NCBI GenBank assembly: GCA_040772305.1
Contig: JAXGYK010000002.1
Span: 187,887-251,886, forward strand
Direction of reading: 5' to 3'
DNA from: Anaerolineaceae bacterium
GTDB taxonomy: Bacteria > Chloroflexota > Anaerolineae > Anaerolineales > Anaerolineaceae
DNA length: 64,000 bases
This document shows positions 56,909-64,000 of the stretch, one piece after another; the stretch's first letter is position 1; every line of letters starts with the position of its first letter. The notes beneath the pieces are model-generated. The model saw only the letters and a list, made by a program, of their open reading frames with translations. It searched no databases and was not told the DNA's origin. Made by a program: the position numbers and the translations under genes.

Positions 56909-57835
56909 ATGACTGTATTCCTGAACGACTGGCAGGAAGCACCCAACAGGCCAATTTGGTTAAGTATCGGCAACTTTGATGGCGTACACCTGGGTCATCA
57001 GGCGTTGATTCGACAGCTAAAGAGCTTGGCAGCAGAAGAGGGAACTGCTGCGGGTGTTTTAACTTTTAATCCGCATCCGCGCCTTCTTTTTAACCCAAAT
57101 ACAGCTCCATTTCTTTTGGATAGTGCTCAGGAAAAACGCTTGCATTTGATGGAATTGAATCCGGACCTGGTTCTTGAGCTCCCTTTTGATCAGGGCTTGG
57201 CTAGCATGGATGCCGAAGCGTTCATCGAACTCTTGGTTAACAAGTTGCATGTGCGCGGCCTAATTGTAGGCTCAGGGTTTGCTCTGGGGCATGAACGGCG
57301 GGGTAATACTGCCCAATTGCGAGCCTTGTGCGCTGCACGAAAGATCCGTTTTGAGGAGTTTGGCGCTGTGTCTCTGGATGGACAACGCGTAAGTTCCGGT
57401 CAAATACGGCAAGCAGTAAACACCGGAAGGATGGACAGCGCAGCGAAGCTGCTAGGCAGACCATACACAGTAATTGGCCCTGTGCGCGAAGGTAAACGGC
57501 TTGGATCGCGATTAGGCTTTCCAACAGCAAATCAGATTGTAGATGCAAGCAAGCTGCTTCCGCGGTATGGGGTATATGCAAGCTGGGCTGTTTTAGAGGG
57601 CAAGCGTTATAAAGGGGTTACCGGGGTAGGGGTTCGGCCTACCGTAGAAATATGTGGTAAGCCTAACGTGGAAACCTGGATTCTTGACTTCGATGGTAAT
57701 ATCTATGGTGAAGAACTGCAAGTTGACTTTATGGAGTATCTTCGTGAGGAGAAAAAATTCGAGTCTGTGGAAGCGATGATAAGCCAAATTAAGAATGATG
57801 CTTTACATGCCAGGGAGGTTTTGAATGATGCCTAA
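56909..57835 (+). CDS. ribF: bifunctional riboflavin kinase / FMN adenylyltransferase
   Basis: GNFDGVHLGHQ nucleotidyltransferase motif. C-terminal riboflavin kinase (GFPTAN, E...L..F.R.E.KF). Confidence 0.9.
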   Translation: MTVFLNDWQEAPNRPIWLSIGNFDGVHLGHQALIRQLKSLAAEEGTAAGVLTFNPHPRLLFNPNTAPFLLDSAQEKRLHLMELNPDLVLELPFDQGLASMDAEAFIELLVNKLHVRGLIVGSGFALGHERRGNTAQLRALCAARKIRFEEFGAVSLDGQRVSSGQIRQAVNTGRMDSAAKLLGRPYTVIGPVREGKRLGSRLGFPTANQIVDASKLLPRYGVYASWAVLEGKRYKGVTGVGVRPTVEICGKPNVETWILDFDGNIYGEELQVDFMEYLREEKKFESVEAMISQIKNDALHAREVLNDA

Positions 57836-59261
57836 AGAACGACGCGTATATCGCCTGAGCCCAAGCCAGTTTAGCGCTGAAACGATTGCAGTCACTTTTG
57901 CTAAAACATCGCGTTCACCAGAACCATTCGATGTAATTGCAGCAGAACTGGATGCTGAGAAATCCTCCCAATTTAGTGAAAAATGGATTGTTGGCTATGG
58001 ACACTCCAGTGTAGCTGAACACGCTGTGCTGCATTTGGCTCTGGAAAACGTATCACGTTTGGCAATTGAAACGATTGAAGGAAACCGATTAGCTTCATAT
58101 ACAGAAAAATCAACCCGCTATCAGGAATGGGATCCCAAGGCATATGTAGTGCCACCTGAAATTCAAGGCAGTGTATTAGAGGGAACCTATTGTGATGTGG
58201 CAGACCACTTGTTTGGGAGCTATGCAGAGGCATTACAGGTACTAAAACCATGGAGCGAAGCGCGAACCAAACGCAGAGCCAATGAAAGCGAAAAAGCCTG
58301 GGCGAATCGTGCCAGGGTGCAGGCTGTAGATATAGCGCGCTTTCTTTTACCCACAGCAGCTATGGCAAATGTGGGGATTACGATGAATGCCCGGGTGTTG
58401 GAGTACGCAATTAAAAAGATGCTTAGCTCCGACTTGGCGGAAGTGCGCCAGATCGGCGAAGAAGTAAAGACTGTAGCTACGCAGGAATTGCCTACGCTGG
58501 TGAAGTATGCTCAACCTATTGCATATATGCAGGGTCTGCAGGAGCGCAGCCGAAAATTTTCCGCAGAGATAGACACCCTGCCAGATGATGCCTGGTGCCG
58601 TCTAAGCAGTTTTGACCCGGATGGCGAAAACCGTGTATTGGCTGCGGTGCTTTACCGCTTTGGGGATGACTCGTACCAGGTGTGCCTTGATCAGGTTGCT
58701 AACATGGATACGAACAGCCGGAAGGACTTGGTTGATTTGCTCTTTGATGACATGGGAGATTTTGATGTACCGCTGCGTGAATTGGAATACAGCCAGTACA
58801 GTTTTGACCTGATTATGGATCAGGGAGCCTGGTTTGAATTTAAACGCCATAGGATGATGACGCAGACTATTCAGCAACTTGGACCAGGATTGGGTTACGC
58901 TATGCCGCGAGGATTTGTTGAGGCAGGTTTTGAAAGCCAGTATCGCAGAGCTATGGAGAAGGCTGCCGAAGCTTTTATAAGCCTGGAGGCCAAACAAAAA
59001 GGTTTGGGTTCTTATCTGATCCCGAATGCATTTAACCGACGAGTTTTATGTCAGGTAAATTTACGGGAATTATTTCACTTTATAAAACTGCGCTGTGCTA
59101 GTAATGCGCATTTTTCGATTCGGCGTGTAGGACGCGGAATGGCTGAGGCCCTTTTGGAAGTTCATCCTACGCTGGCTGGTAAACTGCGTATTGACGATAA
59201 AGAAAGCAGCGAGAGCATCGCTAAAGAACAGTTTAGCGGTTTAGCCGAAAAAGCGCTTTAA
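57825..59261 (+). CDS. thyX: double-length (pseudo-dimeric) FAD-dependent thymidylate synthase ThyX
   Basis: Two ThyX-like halves. Half 1 has GHSSVAEH and GNRLASYTEKSTRY (the RH of RHR is lost, S..SxRY kept). Half 2 has FKRHRMMTQ (RHR kept, SxR lost) and LRCASNAHFSIRR. Confidence 0.8.
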   Translation: MMPKERRVYRLSPSQFSAETIAVTFAKTSRSPEPFDVIAAELDAEKSSQFSEKWIVGYGHSSVAEHAVLHLALENVSRLAIETIEGNRLASYTEKSTRYQEWDPKAYVVPPEIQGSVLEGTYCDVADHLFGSYAEALQVLKPWSEARTKRRANESEKAWANRARVQAVDIARFLLPTAAMANVGITMNARVLEYAIKKMLSSDLAEVRQIGEEVKTVATQELPTLVKYAQPIAYMQGLQERSRKFSAEIDTLPDDAWCRLSSFDPDGENRVLAAVLYRFGDDSYQVCLDQVANMDTNSRKDLVDLLFDDMGDFDVPLRELEYSQYSFDLIMDQGAWFEFKRHRMMTQTIQQLGPGLGYAMPRGFVEAGFESQYRRAMEKAAEAFISLEAKQKGLGSYLIPNAFNRRVLCQVNLRELFHFIKLRCASNAHFSIRRVGRGMAEALLEVHPTLAGKLRIDDKESSESIAKEQFSGLAEKAL

Positions 59262-59286
59262 CTGCTACTGCCTTGCAAAGACAGAC

Positions 59287-61185
59287 ATGATTGTAGCTTT
59301 ACCCCTGCTGGCTTTTTTTGTGTTGTGGATTTATTCCGGTAATACACGGCGCGAACCATTGTGGCGGGCTTCATTCATTCAGGCTTTTATCATTTGGGGC
59401 GCATATATGGTGCTGGTAACCGAGTTACTCAGTACTTTTAAGGCTATTACCAGGCTGAACTTAGCTATTGCCTGGGGAGCTTTGGTTGCAGCCGGTATCC
59501 TTTGGGTTGTGGTTCGGCTGAAACGAAAACAGGTGCTGCGTTTGCCAATTATGTACCGCGGTAAGGGAAAAACCGTACTCGTTATGGACGTAATGGTGTT
59601 GGCGCTTGTGCTTACCACCTTGATCGTTGGTTTTCTTGCTCCCCCCAATTCATTAGAAGCGATGTCTTTTGGGATGACTCGTGTGGCACATTGGGCACAG
59701 AACCAGAGTTTGGGGCATTTTGCGACTCTGGATGAGAGCTTGAACTCCGCTCCTCCGGGGCAGGGGATTGCGCTGCTTAATTTTTATGTTTTAGATGCCT
59801 CTGACCGGTGGTCTAATTTTGTGGCGTGGTTTGCCTGGATAGGCTGCATTCAGGCTGTGATGGCAATTGCAGACTTGTTTAAGGCCAGCCAGGCAGGCAA
59901 TCGCTTAGCTGCGGTTTTTGCTGTTACCCTTCCGATTGGATTAGCCTTGTCCAGTGGCAGCCTGGACGATATGCTTTCGACACTTTGGCTGCTTGCCTAC
60001 GTGCTGATTGTCTTTTTCTTTGACAAGGACCCAAACCACAGCTTTAATATCGTGTTAGCAGGAATTGCAGCGGCGCTGGCATTTATTACCAAGCCGATTA
60101 CGGTGATTTTCTTAATTCCATTTGCGGTTTATTTCCTGTGGCTGCAGGTAAAGCAGTTCGGCATCATGAAACTGGCGCAGCGTACAGTTGCTGCCGGGCT
60201 GATCGTCTTTGCTTTGGGCGGCGGGTTTTTTATGCGTAACCTGCAAACCTACCGTATGCTTTACCAATACGAAGCCTATATACGCGACTTAAACACAAAG
60301 CTTGGACCGGGTGTGCTTGCTTCTAACCTGGTGCGGAATATTTCACTCCAGGCCGATTTGCCTTTCGCAAATGCGGACCGCTGGATATATGAGCGCGTTG
60401 AGGGTATCCATGACCTGATGGGTATGGATATGAATGATCCACGGACTACTGAGGACCAGTTTGATGTCCCTTCGTTAAATACCAGTGAGATGAGATCGGG
60501 AAACCCACTGCACCTGCTTGTGCTTACTGGAAGCTCGGCAGCGCTGCTTGGGGTTACCAAGAAGAAAGAGCACAGTTTGCTGAGCTACCTGGGACTTTTG
60601 GGCGTGAGTGCGGTCCTGTTTTTGGTGTTTTTTAAATGGCAAGCTGATGGAACACGTTTACACATGCCATTTTTTATGATCGCTGCGCCTATTGTCGGCT
60701 ATGTATTGGGTTGCCTGGACAAGCGGAAACACCGCCTGGGGACGTTTATTGGGCTGATACTGGTTTTGTTTGCCTGGCCCTGGGCATTATCTGTTTACGA
60801 ACGGCCGGCTGTGGTGATTCCCGGACTAACCAGCGATACACCGATCGGCAGAGCGAACCGAACGTCTTTGTACTTTGTAACAGACCAATCTGCAGAACCC
60901 GTTTTTCGATCGCTCGCGCAGGCAGTATTAGCAGAAAACGAAAATACTGTGATAGGGATAGACTTGGGGCCGGAGCACAATGCTTATCCAATTTGGGCAC
61001 TAACAAAAAAACCCTCGGAGCGCGTTTGGATCCAGAATTTGCGGGCTTCACCATTGATGGAGCGCTACTTGCTTCCTAGTATAGAGCCAGTTTACATCTT
61101 AAGTGATGCCTGCGAAACAGAATACAGTGGCTATAGTTTGGTAATTGAGGCAAAGGGCTTGTGCTACTTTAAGCGCCAGCCTTAG
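59287..61185 (+). CDS. polytopic membrane protein, GT-C-like (ArnT/PMT-type) glycosyltransferase candidate
   Basis: 632 aa. About 12 TM helices in the first ~500 aa and a soluble C-terminal domain. No catalytic motif verified. Confidence 0.5.
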   Translation: MIVALPLLAFFVLWIYSGNTRREPLWRASFIQAFIIWGAYMVLVTELLSTFKAITRLNLAIAWGALVAAGILWVVVRLKRKQVLRLPIMYRGKGKTVLVMDVMVLALVLTTLIVGFLAPPNSLEAMSFGMTRVAHWAQNQSLGHFATLDESLNSAPPGQGIALLNFYVLDASDRWSNFVAWFAWIGCIQAVMAIADLFKASQAGNRLAAVFAVTLPIGLALSSGSLDDMLSTLWLLAYVLIVFFFDKDPNHSFNIVLAGIAAALAFITKPITVIFLIPFAVYFLWLQVKQFGIMKLAQRTVAAGLIVFALGGGFFMRNLQTYRMLYQYEAYIRDLNTKLGPGVLASNLVRNISLQADLPFANADRWIYERVEGIHDLMGMDMNDPRTTEDQFDVPSLNTSEMRSGNPLHLLVLTGSSAALLGVTKKKEHSLLSYLGLLGVSAVLFLVFFKWQADGTRLHMPFFMIAAPIVGYVLGCLDKRKHRLGTFIGLILVLFAWPWALSVYERPAVVIPGLTSDTPIGRANRTSLYFVTDQSAEPVFRSLAQAVLAENENTVIGIDLGPEHNAYPIWALTKKPSERVWIQNLRASPLMERYLLPSIEPVYILSDACETEYSGYSLVIEAKGLCYFKRQP

Positions 61186-61444
61186 CTTGCGATGAATTGT
61201 TTAAAACCTTAGCTAACTTGTGTTAATAAATCTAAATAATTTTGCCAGTTTTAGCATACGGATCGGTCTGGTAATGGATACTTGCACAGTCTGGCTGAAA
61301 CTATTGATTCCAGCTAGTTTGACTTTAATCGAAAAAGAATGCATTAAACAGCACCGAATTTTACTTTTAAGCTTACAATTATGATGGCGAAAAGTTGGGC
61401 TTGTTTTTAGCCTAATGCTATTTAACACCCTGAAAGGAGTATTT

Positions 61445-62215
61445 ATGGCGACGCACTTATATCTTTCTTTACTACCCGAAGCTTTGATCGTCTCACAATT
61501 GAGTCCAGAAGAATTCGGAACTTATTATGCTGTTGGCTCTGAAAAGAAGTCCAGAGGCCAGGCAATGTTCTTTGAAGTAGACCTCGATTTTCGAAGCCCC
61601 TATTTCAGGATGGAAGAAGCGCTGGCACGTTGTAAACCGCACGAGGATGGCAGCCCAAAATCATCGATTTATGTTTCCGTTTACCGGGTGCTGGAGCATA
61701 TTGACCTTGAGGCATTAAAAATGCTCTACCTTACCACTATGGACGGGCGGACGCTTGGGTTAAAGGCCGGAGAGTATTGCGTTAACGAGCATGAGAACGG
61801 AGGTTTGCACCTCTATCAGGAGATCGTTCCGGTTTCCCCGTTGGTTGTTAGTCGTTTAGATCCGCTTGGGTTTTACGATATGATCGTTAAAAACCCTACA
61901 TCGCTGATTACGATACCTGCAATTTGTTTTGCGGAGTTGCAGTTAGGAGAGTTGGCTTATGATCCTGTGATGGGTATTTCTGATCATTTACCCTATGGGA
62001 ACAGTGATCACTTACGCCAGTGCCTTACAGAAGTGAAGACAAAGTATATTTCCACCAAGATGGTGGACCGAATATCTTCACCGGTGGTGCAGTACAGAAC
62101 CGTGAAAAACGGGTTCTTCGTCGGCAACCAGTCCAGCTTAAAGTATTTTGCTTTGCCCAGTCAGCAGGAACTGCGCAGCGAGAATTACCGCTGGTTCCGC
62201 TCTGCAAACATGTAA
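61445..62215 (+). CDS. hypothetical protein (256 aa)
   Basis: ATG at 61445 lies 5 nt after SD AAGGAG (61434-61439). The ORF opens earlier, at 61415. Soluble, with no motif I recognise. Confidence 0.5.
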   Translation: MATHLYLSLLPEALIVSQLSPEEFGTYYAVGSEKKSRGQAMFFEVDLDFRSPYFRMEEALARCKPHEDGSPKSSIYVSVYRVLEHIDLEALKMLYLTTMDGRTLGLKAGEYCVNEHENGGLHLYQEIVPVSPLVVSRLDPLGFYDMIVKNPTSLITIPAICFAELQLGELAYDPVMGISDHLPYGNSDHLRQCLTEVKTKYISTKMVDRISSPVVQYRTVKNGFFVGNQSSLKYFALPSQQELRSENYRWFRSANM

Positions 62216-62289
62216 TTTATTGATTGGCACTTTTGTTTAACCACGCTGGCAGCGGCGGATAATCTTGGCTGCAAAATTTAGGAGTTTTT

Positions 62290-64000
62290 ATGGAACATTA
62301 CAATGCTTGGCTATATGTAGGAATTGTTGGCGGCCTTATTTCTTTGGGAGTTGCCCTTTATCTGTATTTTTGGGTGCTCAAACAAGACCCGGGAACTGAA
62401 CGAGCACAAGAAGTTGCACAGTGGATTCGTGATGGATCGGCTGCTTACCTCAAACGTTTGTATGCTTCGCTGGCGGTTTTAGCGCTGATTATATCGATTG
62501 TAATAGCCATTGTTTTTAGTATCGGCGGCAACAGCTCAGGGGCTGAGTCAGCAGCATCTTCGGGAATCGTAATGGCTTTGTGCTTTGTCTTTGGAGCAAT
62601 TTGCTCTGCTGCGGCAGGGTTCTTGGGTATGAATGTGGCTGTTCATGCAAATGTACGTACTGCTACGGCCGCGCGCAAAGACCTGGCAGGAGCTTTTAGG
62701 TTGTCCTTTTATGCTGGCGCGGTGCTGGGCTTAGCCATGGTTGGTTTAGCTGTACTGGGCATGAGCGTCATTTACCTGCTTACCAAAGATGCCGATGCAG
62801 TGCTTGGGTTTAGCTTTGGAGCAAGCACGCTTGCCCTGTTGGCAAAAGCTGGCGGCGGCATTTATACCAAAACAGCAGATATTGCGGCTGATCTTGTTGG
62901 TAAGGTGGAAGTAGGTATCCCTGAGGATGACCCCCGCAACCCTGCTGTTGTAGCAGACAATGTGGGTGATAATGTTGGTGATGTGGCTGGAATGGGAGCA
63001 GACATCTTTGACAGCTACGTGGCCTCGGCTGTTGCGGTAATGATCTTAGGTGCCAGTTTCAGCATACAAGGCAAACTGGATCCTGTCCTCTATACTGTTT
63101 TACCGCTGATTCTTTGTACCCTGGGTACCTTCGCATCCTTGATAGGCGTTCAATTTGTGCGGGTGAAAGATGGCGGAGATCCCGGTGCTGCTTTAAACCG
63201 GGGAACGGTAATAACCTGTGCTATTTTCATTGTTATGATCCTGGCGCTAAAGGCTTTTTCGCCAGAGTTAAACTGGGGCGTGGTTTGGTCCGGAATCGCA
63301 GGAATTGTAGCTGGAGTTTTAATTGGCTTCACCTCGGACTACTTTACCAATGATAAATATAAACCAGTTAAGGAAACGAGCCGTGTGTCTACTTCGGGCT
63401 CGGCGATAACGATCATCACCGGGTATTCTTATGGCTTAATATCGATTATCCCCTCTGTTTTGGGGATTGTGGCTGCTACCTTGGTTGCTTATTATTTATC
63501 TGAAGCAAATGGATTGCCTGGGATCTATGGGATTGGGATAGCAGCTGTGGGAATGCTTGCGATCAGCGGAATGATCGTTAGCGCTGATGCCTATGGGCCG
63601 ATTGTGGACAACGCCCGAGGAATTGCCGAAATGGCTGGTATGGGTGAGGAAGTTATCGAACGTGCTGATGTCCTCGATTCGGCTGGCAATACTGCTAAAG
63701 CAATTACGAAAGGCTTCTCGATTTCGGCAGCAGCTTTAACGGTGCTGGCTTTATTCTCTGCTTTTGCGGAAGTGATGGCCCAAAATGGCGTGGAAATCCA
63801 AATCAGTCTGCGGAGTCCCCTGGTTGTAGCCGGGTTGTTTTTGGGAGCAATGACACCGCCTCTTTTTAGTGCCTTGCTGATGCTTGCTGTCACACACAAC
63901 GCCTTTGATATGATTGAGGAAGTGCGTGGTCAGTTCAAGGCCAACCCCGGAATTTTGGCAGGCACTTCTCTGCCGGATTATGCCCGCTGTGTAAGCATGG
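62290..64000 (+). CDS. hppA: membrane-bound H+-translocating pyrophosphatase, K+-independent type, 3' end cut by window edge
   Basis: Not in the ORF track because there is no stop in the window. My translation gives KAGGGIYTKTADIAADLVGKVE, DNVGDNVGDVAGMGADIFDSY and GNTAKAITKGF (the Lys/Thr variant characteristic of K+-independent enzymes). Confidence 0.9.
   Translation, partial: MEHYNAWLYVGIVGGLISLGVALYLYFWVLKQDPGTERAQEVAQWIRDGSAAYLKRLYASLAVLALIISIVIAIVFSIGGNSSGAESAASSGIVMALCFVFGAICSAAAGFLGMNVAVHANVRTATAARKDLAGAFRLSFYAGAVLGLAMVGLAVLGMSVIYLLTKDADAVLGFSFGASTLALLAKAGGGIYTKTADIAADLVGKVEVGIPEDDPRNPAVVADNVGDNVGDVAGMGADIFDSYVASAVAVMILGASFSIQGKLDPVLYTVLPLILCTLGTFASLIGVQFVRVKDGGDPGAALNRGTVITCAIFIVMILALKAFSPELNWGVVWSGIAGIVAGVLIGFTSDYFTNDKYKPVKETSRVSTSGSAITIITGYSYGLISIIPSVLGIVAATLVAYYLSEANGLPGIYGIGIAAVGMLAISGMIVSADAYGPIVDNARGIAEMAGMGEEVIERADVLDSAGNTAKAITKGFSISAAALTVLALFSAFAEVMAQNGVEIQISLRSPLVVAGLFLGAMTPPLFSALLMLAVTHNAFDMIEEVRGQFKANPGILAGTSLPDYARCVSM

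Noticed and set aside
1-64000. CRISPR arrays, rRNA genes, reverse transcriptases, and classic toxin-antitoxin or restriction-modification modules
   Set aside because: I saw no regularly spaced direct repeats, no rRNA-like segments and no matching protein motifs in any listed ORF. Absence is based on visual inspection only.

Overview
This 64-kb window is bacterial chromosomal DNA. G+C is roughly 50-57% in the lines I counted. Gene content and style (T-box-controlled thrS, thyX, Pro/Thr-rich linkers, GT-C/NHL membrane proteins, NusA with a long acidic tail) suggest a Chloroflexota/Anaerolineae-like organism, but that is an unverified guess.

Housekeeping blocks:
- thrS
- infC-rpmI-rplT
- nusA-ylxR-infB-rbfA-nrnA-truB-ribF-thyX
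- a class A PBP
- a 3'-truncated K+-independent H+-pyrophosphatase

Accessory material:
- a translationally coupled response regulator/histidine kinase/ABC module whose ATPase has degenerate catalytic motifs
- a larE-larB-larC nickel-pincer cofactor cluster with no larA in the window
- an AT-rich (about one-third G+C) two-gene c-di-GMP islet
- two apparently intact IS elements with visible inverted repeats and target-site duplications: IS5/IS1182-like at 27898-29251 and ISLre2-like at 33808-35294
- a decayed integrase-bearing islet next to tRNA-Lys
- large proteins of unknown function, including a Zn-ribbon methyltransferase-like protein whose SAM-binding and catalytic motifs look dead

Three tRNAs are present (Val-GAC, Ser-GGA, Lys-UUU). 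I saw no rRNA and no CRISPR array. I found no clear-cut novel multi-gene system. The best candidates for follow-up are the dead-methylase-like gene coupled to a GH13 glucosidase, the pseudo-dimeric ThyX, the degenerate ABC ATPase module and the tRNA-Lys islet.

All functional calls rest on motif recognition by eye. No database searches were run.
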